Below, piece after piece: positions 8,681 to 20,067 of a stretch of 64,000 bases of DNA. The notes beneath the pieces were generated by a model. It had not been told where the DNA came from, did no database searches, and saw only the letters and a program-made list of their open reading frames with translations. The position numbers and the translations under genes are program-made. Numbering within the stretch: position 1 is the stretch's first letter; each line of letters starts with the position of its first letter. Source of the stretch: Bryobacterales bacterium (GTDB lineage: Bacteria > Acidobacteriota > Terriglobia > Bryobacterales > UBA6623); assembly GCA_965205085.1 (NCBI GenBank), contig OZ242039.1, forward strand, positions 3,954,277-4,018,276, in the 5' to 3' direction.

Positions 8681-9553
8681 CTACCTCGAAGGGTTCGAAC
8701 CACCCGATGCCGGGGCACCGGGCTGGGGTGGGACCGGTGGCGGGGGGATCAGGCCGTTGGGATCGAAGAGCCGTCCAGGCAGATAGTCTGCCGCGCGGGG
8801 CCCCTCCAGAGCCCGGATCTTGATATTTCGATACCAGACAGGATGATTGTGATGGGTCAGGGCGATGTGTCCCGGTCCCTTGAAGCCAAAGCCCGGAACG
8901 CGTCTGAATTTCGTCCTCTCGACCCGTTGGAAGAAGTCGGGGGAGTTGAATTCGTACTCGAGAATCTTCTGTCCGTTCAGCCAGTGCTCCCCTTGGGTGC
9001 CGCGGACAACGATCCGGGAGGTATTCCACTCGCCCGGCGCACGCAGCGGCTTGTCGCTGGCCGGTTTGTAGAGCAGGTACAGCGAGCCGCAACTGGAGTA
9101 TTCCCATTCGGCCCTGCGCTGATTGAGGCTGCTGTCGTCGAGCAACTGGTACTCGGGTCCTGTGGCGCGCAGCATGGAGAGTCGCTTGGCGTCCTGGCTG
9201 AGGTGCGGACGGTATCCCGGGCCGGCCCAGGCCTTCTGCACCAGGTACTTGACGCCGCTATTGCCACCGCTGACCAGTTTCCAGTCGAAGACCAGCTCGA
9301 AGTTCTCGAACTCGGCCACGGAAACGATGTCACCTCCCCGCCTGTCCGCCAGTGTACGGATGGTGCCGTCCTCGACAGCCCATGATCTGGTCGGGAACGG
9401 GGTACCCTGAAAGCCCTCCCATCCGGTCGACGTCGAACCGTCGAAAAGCAACTGCCAGCCCGCCAGTTTCTCGTCTTCCGAGAGTTGATTGTGCTCCTGG
9501 GCGGACAGTCCCACCCCGACACCTAGCACTGAGACCGCGAGCAACCGTAGCAT
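8681..9553 (-). CDS. Secreted DUF1080 (3-keto-disaccharide hydrolase-like) domain protein
   Basis: Signal peptide MLRLLAVSVLGVGVGLSAQ, then GWQLLFDGSTSTGWEGF...W.VEDGTI...FENFELVFDWKL..GGNSGV...EYQLLDD...GEWNTSRIVVRGT..EHWLNG. Confidence 0.8.
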   Translation of the reverse strand: MLRLLAVSVLGVGVGLSAQEHNQLSEDEKLAGWQLLFDGSTSTGWEGFQGTPFPTRSWAVEDGTIRTLADRRGGDIVSVAEFENFELVFDWKLVSGGNSGVKYLVQKAWAGPGYRPHLSQDAKRLSMLRATGPEYQLLDDSSLNQRRAEWEYSSCGSLYLLYKPASDKPLRAPGEWNTSRIVVRGTQGEHWLNGQKILEYEFNSPDFFQRVERTKFRRVPGFGFKGPGHIALTHHNHPVWYRNIKIRALEGPRAADYLPGRLFDPNGLIPPPPVPPQPGAPASGGSNPSR

Positions 9554-9897
9554 CGTCCGTACCTGCCCTACAGAATACCGGATCCACCCTTTCCTGCATC
9601 GTGGTGGAACCGGGCGGTCCGGCACTGGACGAGACAACGTGTCGGACCTGCCCGCAAAGGGTCCTCGTCCCTGCTGCGGCAGTGTCAGTGCGGGGAGCCC
9701 TCGTCAGACCCTGCGCCGCATCGCTCCCCAACACGAAGCTATTGGTGCCCATGCAAGGGCTGGCTTGAATCGGAATGGCAATACCTGAAACGTGGCGGCC
9801 CCAACGCAATCGTCTCCGAACCCACGATTCCTGTCCTGTTCCATCGACATCCGCTGGCGCAACCTGGCATCTCGCCAAAGGCGAACCGTTCTCGTTC

Positions 9898-12800
9898 TTA
9901 CCGCACGAACATGAATTCGGCGGTGTTGAAGAGCGCATGCGCGAGGTCGGTCCAGACTCCGGAATCGCCGTTGGCCGCCACTCCCCGGGCCGCGGCCTGG
10001 CTGTCCAGAAACCGCCGGACTTCCTGGATCTCGCTCCGTGCCGGCTCGCGGCCGAACGCCTGGATGTACATGCTGCGGATGCGGTTGGTCAGAACTCTGT
10101 GGGAGGAGAGTTCCCGCCGGGCCCACAGCGCCGCCTGCTCGTTCACGAACTCGTTGTTGAGCATGAGCAGAGCCTGCGAGGCGACGGCCGAGACACCGCG
10201 CCGGCCCGCCGTCGAGATCGGTAACGGATAGTCGAAAGCGAGAAACAGCGGCGGAAGAAAGTTCCGCCGGATCTGGATGTACACGCTGCGCCGGCCCAGC
10301 CCGTCGAGTGGTCCAGATTCCGGCTTGCCTCGGCCATCCTGATACACGCTGATGTGCGGAGGAATCCCCGGTCCGCCAACGGTCCGGTCCAGGGTGCCGG
10401 CGATCGCGAGAACGGAATCCCGGATGGCCTCCGCCTCCAGGCGACGTACGGGAAAGTGTGACAGCAGGGCGTTCGAAGGGTCCACCTGCAGGGCCCGCTC
10501 CGACCCCGCACTGTCGGACCGATAGGTGCTCGACAGGACGATCAGCCGGTGCAACGCCTTCACGGACCAGTCGGACTCCATCAGGCGGCTCGCAAGATAG
10601 TCGAGCAATGCGGGATGGGTTGGCCTTGAGCCCATCCGGCCGAAGTCGTCTGGCGAGGCCACGATACCCCGGCCGAAATGGTGATGCCAAATCCGGTTGG
10701 CCATCACACGCGGGGTCAGCGGGTTCGCGGGGCCTGAAATCCAGTGGGCGAGAGCCAAGCGTCCGGATCCCTCCCTCACGGACAACCGGGAGTCGCCGAC
10801 CAGTGCTCGAACGTAACCGCGAGGGACTGTCTCGCCTGGGTTCCTGTGGTTGCCCCGGATGTGAATGCGGGAATCATCGGGCATCCAGTCCCGGCTGGTC
10901 ATGGCAAAGGAGGACTCGGCAAGGTGCCCGGCCAGGTCGGAGCGTCGGCCAAGCAACTTGGCAAAACGCGGTCTTTCGTCTGCTGTCAGCCAGCCTTCGG
11001 CGTCCTCAAGGTCCGTGTGTCCCAGAATCGCGGTCAGTGCCGCGATGTCCCGGGGACCTGGGTTCGCCATGGTTGCGAGATCTTCGGCCAGACGCTGGTA
11101 GCGCGTTGCCAGGTCGGCAAGGGAATGCACGTCCTCGCTGGCCACGAGTTCCAGGACGCGAGCATCGATCGGTCCGGCGATGGGTGGAGGTTCCGGACTG
11201 GAGGAGAATACGATCTGGTCCACGGTGATCGATCCCGCCCGGTCCCGGTCCACGATCTCGATCGCGCAGATCCTGTCGCGCTCCTTGGTCATGGCGACGG
11301 TGTACCACTGCAGGCGCCCGCTCCCATCTGCCATGGCATGGCCCGACTTGTGCTCGTCGGCGACGACCGTAAGTCGCACGGGAGCGTTCTCGCGGAGCCC
11401 TCGGGAGTAGGCCCGCCCGGCGAGCCGCACGTGGACGAAGCGCGCCGGCATGCGGAACTTCTCGGTCGAGAGGGTACCGACCAGCGTGTCCGCTCCACCA
11501 CCGAAGGAAGCCGCAATCGCCTGACCGGCGAAGCCTCCCAGTGCCTGGCTGGCGGGTACGTCACGGACGGGCCGACGACCGAAGGCGGCACCGGTAGGGT
11601 TCCACTGCGCGTAGCCGTTCTCGAAGTCCTCGAAGATCTCGTCGCCCCTTTCCGTCCAGATTGGGTGGCTGCGGAGGGCCTTGGCGGCCCAGTCGGCCAT
11701 CTCCGCACGGAGCTGCTCCCTCCACTCCGGGAATGCGGGGGAGGCCGGCTCCTGGCGGACCTTTGCGCTGCGCGCGAAGGGATAGAGCCAGTGGCTGGGT
11801 TCGGTCAGTGCATACCGCAGTTCCGCTGCCATCCCGGACGCCGCCTCAGACGAGATTTCACTCGCCGCCGCCAGGAGACGTTCCGCCAGCGAATCGACGG
11901 CCCTGGAGCGAGCCGTGTCCAGAATGGTGCCGATCTCGCGATTAACCTCGGCAATCCTGCCTGACGTCTCCCAGATATCGCGTATTCGCGTCGGCGAGTC
12001 GACTGACACCTCAGCCATATGCGTGGACTGCAGGATTCCGAAGAGCGAGTAGTAGTCGGCAGTTCGAATCGGGTCGAACTTGTGGTCGTGGCACCGTGCG
12101 CACGCGACGGTGAGTGCCTGGGTGGCCTTCGACAGGACGTCGATCTGATTGTCGATCTGGTCGGCCCGGGCCTTTACCGAGTCGGTTGGAGAGTTCAGGA
12201 CCTCCCACAGCCAGTACATCCCTGACGCGATCGGATTGACGTGATGAGTACCGTCGGCCGACAGCCTCGGAGGGAGCAAGTCCCCGGCGATCTGCTCCCG
12301 AAGAAACATGTCGTACGGGAGATCCTCGTTAAAGGAATTGATCACGTAATCGCGGTACCGCCACGCATCGAGCTTGTTGTTGTCGAATTCGTGGCCATTG
12401 GTTTCGGCCCAGCGGACGAGATCCAGCCAATGGCGCCCCCACCGCTCGCCGTAGTGGGGTGAACCGAGCAGCCGCTCCACGACCCGCTCGAAAGCTCCCG
12501 GGCTGGTGTCATCCCGGAAGGCACCGATTTCGGCACGAGTGGGCGGAAGGCCCGTCAGGTCGAAGGTAACCCGACGCAACAGGGTCAGCCGGTCCGCATC
12601 CCCGGCAGGCGTCAGGCCTTTCGCCTCGAGTCGGGCGAGAACGAATCGATCGACATCGTTGCGCGGCCACGAATCGTTCTCGACATCGGGCGTTTCCGGG
12701 TCTGTGACAGGCCGAAAACTCCAGAATCGCTCGGGGCCACCGGTATCCACCTCCTCGTCAGGTGCAGCGCTCGTCTCCTGCGTCGACCGTGGGTCCGGGG

Positions 12801-13152
12801 CTCCCATGCGGATCCACGCTTCCAGATGCGCGATTTCCTGGTCCGTCAGCCGCCCCGACGGCGGCATTCTCAGGTCCAGCGCCGTATACGACACTGCCTT
12901 CAGCAGCAGACTGGCGGACGGGCTGCCGGGTACGACAGCCGGTCCGCGACTCCCCCCGCGCAGAACGGCTTCCATCGAGTCCAGTCGCAACTCACCCATC
13001 GCGGCAGCGCCGGAGCTGTGACAGGCATAGCACTTCTCGGCGAGCAGCGGGCGTACGTGTTTCTCGAAATGCTCGAAGTCCTGAGCCTCTTGGGCCGCGG
13101 CTCCAAGGGCTAGCGCTGCAAGGAACAGGCAGAGCGATACGGGTCGGGTCAT
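9898..13152 (-). CDS. Planctomycete-type cytochrome c (PSCyt) / DUF1549 / DUF1553 protein
   Basis: Signal peptide, CYACHS heme motif, RRVTFDLTGLPPT (DUF1549), and a long C-terminal DUF1553-like region ending ...FNTAEFMFVR. Confidence 0.9.
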   Translation of the reverse strand: MTRPVSLCLFLAALALGAAAQEAQDFEHFEKHVRPLLAEKCYACHSSGAAAMGELRLDSMEAVLRGGSRGPAVVPGSPSASLLLKAVSYTALDLRMPPSGRLTDQEIAHLEAWIRMGAPDPRSTQETSAAPDEEVDTGGPERFWSFRPVTDPETPDVENDSWPRNDVDRFVLARLEAKGLTPAGDADRLTLLRRVTFDLTGLPPTRAEIGAFRDDTSPGAFERVVERLLGSPHYGERWGRHWLDLVRWAETNGHEFDNNKLDAWRYRDYVINSFNEDLPYDMFLREQIAGDLLPPRLSADGTHHVNPIASGMYWLWEVLNSPTDSVKARADQIDNQIDVLSKATQALTVACARCHDHKFDPIRTADYYSLFGILQSTHMAEVSVDSPTRIRDIWETSGRIAEVNREIGTILDTARSRAVDSLAERLLAAASEISSEAASGMAAELRYALTEPSHWLYPFARSAKVRQEPASPAFPEWREQLRAEMADWAAKALRSHPIWTERGDEIFEDFENGYAQWNPTGAAFGRRPVRDVPASQALGGFAGQAIAASFGGGADTLVGTLSTEKFRMPARFVHVRLAGRAYSRGLRENAPVRLTVVADEHKSGHAMADGSGRLQWYTVAMTKERDRICAIEIVDRDRAGSITVDQIVFSSSPEPPPIAGPIDARVLELVASEDVHSLADLATRYQRLAEDLATMANPGPRDIAALTAILGHTDLEDAEGWLTADERPRFAKLLGRRSDLAGHLAESSFAMTSRDWMPDDSRIHIRGNHRNPGETVPRGYVRALVGDSRLSVREGSGRLALAHWISGPANPLTPRVMANRIWHHHFGRGIVASPDDFGRMGSRPTHPALLDYLASRLMESDWSVKALHRLIVLSSTYRSDSAGSERALQVDPSNALLSHFPVRRLEAEAIRDSVLAIAGTLDRTVGGPGIPPHISVYQDGRGKPESGPLDGLGRRSVYIQIRRNFLPPLFLAFDYPLPISTAGRRGVSAVASQALLMLNNEFVNEQAALWARRELSSHRVLTNRIRSMYIQAFGREPARSEIQEVRRFLDSQAAARGVAANGDSGVWTDLAHALFNTAEFMFVR

Positions 13153-13269
13153 CAGCCTTCACAGTCATGATACGCCCTGTCATATCTTGATCCGACCGAG
13201 ACAACGCCGTAACGCTGGCGGGCGACTGCAACCCCTGCCTGTTGCAGCCGAGGTTGTACGATTGGGGCA

Positions 13270-13806
13270 GTGTCTGCACTTCGGTCCCTTGTCGTCTCCA
13301 TGCTCGCCGTATCGGTCGCCTATCCGCAGGACGCCGGCATGCTTCCACGCTGGCAGGTCGAGGAACTGGCGGACAGACTCGTAGCGAATGTCGCCATGGC
13401 AACCAAGGTTGTTGCGGAATTGCGGCCCCGCGAATGGACCCAGGACGGAGCACCGGAGGTCTATGTGGAGCAGCACCAGGTCCTGATGGAGGAACTGGAG
13501 CAGGTTCGGCTCTCGGCCATGGCACTCAAGAGGCAACCCGAGAGCCTGGTGGATGCGGTGGGCACGTTTCTTTGGCTAGACCGAACCGCCAGCCTGATCA
13601 AATCCGTGAACGGCGGTGTGCGTCGGTACTACAACGCGGCCGTGGCCGAACTGCTGGATTCCCTGCAGAACAGGAATGCGGAGAGCATCGACCTGCTCAA
13701 GGCTTACTTGGCCCAACTGGCCGCCCATATCGAGGCATCCATGGAAACTGCCCATCGTGAGGCCCAGCGCTGCCGGTCGGAAATCGTTGCCGAGCCTCCC
13801 GCGTAG
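13270..13806 (+). CDS. Hypothetical secreted protein
   Basis: GTG start and an N-terminal hydrophobic signal (SALRSLVVSMLAVSVAYPQD). The rest is helical-looking with ordinary composition. No family recognised. Confidence 0.5.
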   Translation: MSALRSLVVSMLAVSVAYPQDAGMLPRWQVEELADRLVANVAMATKVVAELRPREWTQDGAPEVYVEQHQVLMEELEQVRLSAMALKRQPESLVDAVGTFLWLDRTASLIKSVNGGVRRYYNAAVAELLDSLQNRNAESIDLLKAYLAQLAAHIEASMETAHREAQRCRSEIVAEPPA

Positions 13807-13829
13807 CCGGAAGCAAACAGAGATCGGGT

Positions 13830-14858
13830 CTAGTAGGTGCCCCCGCGTTCCTCGAAGTGAGTGGGTTTCTCCAGTCCGGCTCCACCCTGCCGGACCCACC
13901 GAGCGACGTCATCGATCATCTGGTCAGTGCCGGTTCGCGCAACCCCGAAGAGCGATACGCACAGCGATGCATCGCTCAGCAGGGCAAACGGCTTCTCGGA
14001 CGCATCAAAGGTGGGCTTGACTCCGAGAGCACGGCCCATCCGTTCCGCCAGCGTCCTCACGCTCAGGCGCTCGGATCCCGTGACATTGAGGACGAAAGGT
14101 GGCGAGGTGCACTTCTCCAGCAATCGCAGCGCAATGGAGTTGGCATCGCGCTGCCAGATGAGGTTGATGTGCCCCATCCGGAGGTCCACCGGCCTGCGAT
14201 CGAGGAGCCTGTCGGCGATGTCGCGCAGTACGCCGTAGCGTGGCTCGACAGCGTAGTTGAGTCGCATGATGGCGACCGGTGTTCCGAGGGACCCGCTGAA
14301 GTACTCGAAGAGACGTTCCCTGCCGAGCACAGACTGGGCATACTCGCCAACAGGGCCGACGGGGTCTGTTTCCGTGGGGCCGTTGCCGGTCACATCGGTG
14401 AACGGGTAGACGTTCCCACTGGAAAAAACGACGATCCGTGAACGGGCGAACCGCTCGGCAACCAGTGAGGGCATGTACGTGTTGGCAGCCCAGGTTCGGC
14501 CCGGGTCGGCACTGGTGCCGAACTTCTGGCCTGCCATGAAAATGACATTCGGAACGTCCGGCAGCGCCTCGACATCCGAGCGCCTCATCAGATCGGCGCG
14601 GATGGTGGACACTCCCCAAGCGTTCAGCTTGGCGCGGGTGCGGGGATCGGTGAAGCGAGACACGGCGGTGATGCGCTTTCGCGCTCCCGACTGCAGGGCG
14701 GCGTCGACGGCGAGGCGCGCCAGCGTGGGCCCCATCTTTCCGCCAGCACCGAGGATGAGGATATCCCCCTCCAGCCGCCTCATTGCGGTAACCTCCTCAA
14801 CTCCCGGAATCGAGAGCGTCACCTCCAGTTCGGCGCTGTCCGACTCGGCGCAGGACAT
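13830..14858 (-). CDS. NAD-dependent epimerase/dehydratase family protein
   Basis: Rossmann motif ILILGAGGKMGPTLARL. The start lies 3 nt after the stop of the upstream ORF. An alternative start is at 14783. Confidence 0.8.
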   Translation of the reverse strand: MSCAESDSAELEVTLSIPGVEEVTAMRRLEGDILILGAGGKMGPTLARLAVDAALQSGARKRITAVSRFTDPRTRAKLNAWGVSTIRADLMRRSDVEALPDVPNVIFMAGQKFGTSADPGRTWAANTYMPSLVAERFARSRIVVFSSGNVYPFTDVTGNGPTETDPVGPVGEYAQSVLGRERLFEYFSGSLGTPVAIMRLNYAVEPRYGVLRDIADRLLDRRPVDLRMGHINLIWQRDANSIALRLLEKCTSPPFVLNVTGSERLSVRTLAERMGRALGVKPTFDASEKPFALLSDASLCVSLFGVARTGTDQMIDDVARWVRQGGAGLEKPTHFEERGGTY

Positions 14859-14861
14859 TCT

Positions 14862-15635
14862 CTAATCGGCCGAAAGCTCCTCCGGGAAGAGGGCAATGCC
14901 CTCCGGTGGCGGGAGGTGGCTCTTGAGCAACAGCAGCCTTGCCCGTATGACCTTGCTGGGCAACTGTTTCGGACCAGCGTTCAGATCGATGTCGCAGCAG
15001 AGCCCGTGCATGTACAGGGTCAGTGTGTCCTCGAGTGCCTGCTGGTGGTACCGGGCCAGCAGCCTCGACTTGCCATCGGCATCTCCCTGGTAGCTGAGCA
15101 ACTCCTGCTTGAGTTTCCATGCGGTTTCCTGCACCTCGCCACGGACGTTCTGCTGCAACTCCTCGTTCACCAGCGTGTAGAACGGCTCGCTGAACTCCTC
15201 GCCGGCCGAGGCAATCACCCGGGACGCCAGTTTCTGGTACAGCAGCACATGCGCATCGAACAGACCCTCGTCGCGAATGGCCAGGAACAGGTACGTCTCA
15301 CCGTCGTGCTCCTCAAAGGTTCCGTATTGCCTGGCCGCCTCCGGCTCCGGCTGGAACTCAATGAATACACTGCCGTCCGGCGTGGCTCGGCCCGAATCGT
15401 CTGTGTGGGTTACCAGATACGGTACGAGAATCAGGCGCAGATTGGGTACGATCTTCAGCAGTTTCGGGGGAAAGGCACTGGTCGGATCGTGGATCAGGCG
15501 GGTGCACTCGGTCTCGTCAAGCGGCAGCAGGGAAAAGTAGCCGAGCGAACCCGCGAGGGGAATGACGGTGTCACGGCACTGCTTGACGAATTCCGTCGTC
15601 GTGAGTCTGACCGATTGGGTTGTAGAGAGTTCCAT
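14862..15635 (-). CDS. Hypothetical protein (257 aa), tightly coupled to the epimerase gene
   Basis: From the ATG at 15635 (MELSTTQSVRLTTTEFVKQCRD...) the composition is protein-like. The 5' extension to 16157 is Arg/Pro/Gly-rich and looks non-coding. Confidence 0.55.
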   Translation of the reverse strand: MELSTTQSVRLTTTEFVKQCRDTVIPLAGSLGYFSLLPLDETECTRLIHDPTSAFPPKLLKIVPNLRLILVPYLVTHTDDSGRATPDGSVFIEFQPEPEAARQYGTFEEHDGETYLFLAIRDEGLFDAHVLLYQKLASRVIASAGEEFSEPFYTLVNEELQQNVRGEVQETAWKLKQELLSYQGDADGKSRLLARYHQQALEDTLTLYMHGLCCDIDLNAGPKQLPSKVIRARLLLLKSHLPPPEGIALFPEELSAD

Positions 15636-16579
15636 CGACAGTGCTAGCACCAAGTCTATCAGAGGGATTCTCGAATTGTCGCGGCTGAATCTCCGGAGGC
15701 GAGTTGCACATCGAATTGCGGCGATACGGAGGAGCAACCTCGGAGTTGGCGGTCGAGTCGTTGGCAATGGCCCCCGATGCAATGGATCTGCGAAGGCGAC
15801 GCTCCACGGCCGGAGCCCCGGGGATGCCGGCTCCCCGGTGGGCTTGGAGGTTTCTCCCGTACGGCAGGTCCAACCGCGCCTGCGGCCCCTGCGTGTCTTG
15901 TGCCCACGCCCAATGGTCTGCCCGGGAGGCCGGACCTGAGCGAGAGATCGATTCAACGCGGAAACAAGTGCATCCTGCGTCGGCGAGAGAGGTGCAGCCG
16001 GGGAGGTCTCGACGGTTGACTCAGGGGATGACATCCCCCGGCTTTTTCGGGGGCGAGAACCACCGTGCGCCTTCCCGCCCGGGGCGGAGCAGGCCAGATT
16101 GTGGACGGTGCTCTGCAGGACCTTCCCAAGACTCCCGCCATGCCGCTGCAGGTCCACCTGTGTCGTGGCAAGAATCCTCGTTCCGGCTGAATCTCATGAA
16201 GGTGGCCAATCAGGTGCCGGTGCGCTTTCCTGACGGGAAGGCCCGGCCAGGCAACCCGCTGCCCAGCGAGCGCCAAGACCATGCTGGTCAGCCCCTCAGC
16301 GCTTCCCGATGCAGTGGTGAATGCGATGCTCTCCACGCAAGAGCAGGAGGGAGTGCTGCGCGAATGGCACCGATCGGCCGGACATGCCCGCCATGAGGGA
16401 GTCCGAAGCCTCGATGGGCTGGCCGGTCGCTCCGAGTGCGACCGGGAACCGATCAGTTGCCGACAAGTCTGGCAACCTCGTTCAATGGCCGCGGTGCCCA
16501 GATCAGCTCCATCCACTGCGGACTGTCGCTTCCCGCGCCGGGGACCAGACGACGCTCCACTCGCCAGCCAAGGGAAAGA

Positions 16580-16656
16580 TGGTACCGACGGATGGAGTCG
16601 AACCATCGACCTCCTGATCCACAATCAGGCGCTCTAACCAACTGAGCTACGTCGGC
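16580..16656 (-). tRNA. tRNA-His (anticodon GTG), CCA encoded, no genome-encoded G-1
   Basis: Cloverleaf read by hand: GCCGACG-TA-GCTC-AGTTGGTTA-GAGC-G-CCTGA-TTGTGGA-TCAGG-AGGTC-GATGG-TTCGACT-CCATC-CGTCGGT-A-CCA. Confidence 0.9.
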
Positions 16657-16748
16657 TCGGTATGCCCTGGAACCGGGCACGGTTCCCAATCGGCGGGAGC
16701 GGGGGAACCGCTCTCTGTTCCAAGAATACACGATCCCAGCCGGGGCCG

Positions 16749-18302
16749 ATGCTGCACAATGGTTCCGTGCTGGACAGGCGTCGCTTCCTGCTGGCAGGTG
16801 CCAGCTTATCGGGCATCCCGCGAAGCAGGGCCTCCACGGCGGTTAACCCGCCCGGATTGCGGCTGGAGTACGCAGTGTCGAATCCGCCCGCCGTGCCGCC
16901 TCCGCTGCGGCTTGAGTCTCCCGCCCGACTGGTACTGGAGTTTTGCCGTATCGGGGAGGCGGAGAGATGCACTCTCTCGCTGCGCGTTGTCCGGGCCTCC
17001 GAGCGATGCCTCCTTCCTCTCGCCCTGTGGACTGCCGACCTGGCCTACTACCGCCGCGCCCGGGAAGCTCTGCACCTGCCGGCCTACACGGGAAGCGTGG
17101 CATGGTCCGAGGACCGATGGTCGCTGGCGGTTGCCGGACGCGAAGCTTTCGCGGTGCGAGTCGTCGGGACGGCCCGGGAGCCTGGTGCGGCAGGGGCTCC
17201 CCTGCCTTGGGTGACCTACCGATACACCTTGGCGGCGGACTGGCGAACGGGCCCGCTCGATAAATCTCCGCCGGAGTTGTGGACCCTCCGGTCTGCCACC
17301 GGCTCGAGTATCCAGCGACTGGCCGCCGACAGTGTCGCCACCACCGGCGACCCCGGCGGCCTGTTTTCCAGGTTCGGCGTGTCCGACCTCGTATCCGCGA
17401 CGGTTCTGGGCCGGCTCGAGGAACCGGAGTCCGCGTTTACGCAGGCCGTGCCGGCTGAGGATCTGGAACCCTTCGCTCTTCGAAACTATCCGAACGATTC
17501 GCTGGGGTCGCCGCCCCTCGATACGATATTCCTGCAACCGGATGCGCTGGAACGGTATCGCAGCCGTCAGGAGGTCCGCCTGTCGGGGGTGATGTTGGCC
17601 TCGGTGGACGCGGCGGTCGACCGGGCGGCGGTCGCCCCCCTGCTTCCGCCCCCCTGCCGTGCCCGAGACACGGCCGTCGTTCGCGTCGCCGGAGTGCGGG
17701 GGCTGGACGATCCGGAACTGGATGAGGCCTGGCTCCTTGCAGAGTGCGACCTCGACGGCAGACGGGTTTGGTACGCACTTTCCCACGTCCGCGGGTCGAT
17801 CGGTGGTTCCGAGTTCGGCAGGGAGGCATTGGGATACCCCACGATCCCGGGAACTGTCGCGGCTACGCTCGGGGGGAATCGGTTCGGGGTGTCCGTCAGC
17901 CGCGAGCAGACCCAACTCTACGATGGCGGCGGCTTCTACGGCGGCTTCTCAACAGGCACTTCGCTCGCGGACATGCACGTGGCAACCCTGAGGCTTCGAC
18001 ACCAGCCCCGACAGCTGCGGCCGACAGGCGAGATCGTGGTTCAGGCCTGGTCCTACCAAGGTCTGCGGAAGCCGGTCAGCCGGGAGAGCCTCCATGCGTC
18101 CTTCGCGGCCGGGTCCAGCGGTCCCTGGAGCCGGGTCGGCCCCGCACGGGCGTACTGGGCGGTCGTGTTCGACAGTGCCACGCTGCAGCGGACGCCCCCA
18201 GCGGTAGTGGCCGAGGTGGACGACGTGGGTCCCTACTTCCGGGACCGCTGTGAGGGGCGCATTCCGTGGGAAGCCCCGGGCCGGGACAGGGTTGCGGACT
18301 AG
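16749..18302 (+). CDS. Tat-signal protein with two acetoacetate-decarboxylase-like (ADC family) halves; function unknown
   Basis: The ATG at 16749 gives MLHNGSVLDRRRFLLAGASL, a twin-arginine signal. GREALGYPTIPG resembles the ADC-family GRE.WG.PK motif, and a weaker echo (ARE.LHLPAY) lies in the N-terminal half. Confidence 0.55.
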   Translation: MLHNGSVLDRRRFLLAGASLSGIPRSRASTAVNPPGLRLEYAVSNPPAVPPPLRLESPARLVLEFCRIGEAERCTLSLRVVRASERCLLPLALWTADLAYYRRAREALHLPAYTGSVAWSEDRWSLAVAGREAFAVRVVGTAREPGAAGAPLPWVTYRYTLAADWRTGPLDKSPPELWTLRSATGSSIQRLAADSVATTGDPGGLFSRFGVSDLVSATVLGRLEEPESAFTQAVPAEDLEPFALRNYPNDSLGSPPLDTIFLQPDALERYRSRQEVRLSGVMLASVDAAVDRAAVAPLLPPPCRARDTAVVRVAGVRGLDDPELDEAWLLAECDLDGRRVWYALSHVRGSIGGSEFGREALGYPTIPGTVAATLGGNRFGVSVSREQTQLYDGGGFYGGFSTGTSLADMHVATLRLRHQPRQLRPTGEIVVQAWSYQGLRKPVSRESLHASFAAGSSGPWSRVGPARAYWAVVFDSATLQRTPPAVVAEVDDVGPYFRDRCEGRIPWEAPGRDRVAD

Positions 18303-18477
18303 TGTCCCGGCGCCCGCAACAATGCTGGTGAAGGACGTTTCAGCAATGCGGGTCCACCCGCACGACCAGACTGACCAACGCAACGCACGGCAGCACAGCG
18401 GAACGGTCGAATGACGGTTGCGGGTCCCAGACCCGACCTCCAGTCTCGTTGCCCGCCCATCCTGTGGTGACGGAGCA

Positions 18478-19797
<1,320 letters not shown>

Positions 19798-20067
19798 TTG
19801 GGTCTCCTCGGTCTTGCCCACCAGCCGGGAATCCAAGGATACCAAACGGCCATTTCCGCGAGTTCACGCCGATTCCGGCAGCCGGGCCTGGACGTGTCGC
19901 CCCGGACCCAGAGGGGCGGGAACCCAGCTGTAGCAGTGCGGGTTGCATGACCCGGGCCGGACCGTTATCTCGCTAACAGGACGGGCGTTGGCAATCCTTT
20001 GTAAGGCTTCGGAAAAGGATGGCCGGACCGCACCGGTGCCGGGGCGGGAGATACTATACTCGGCTCC

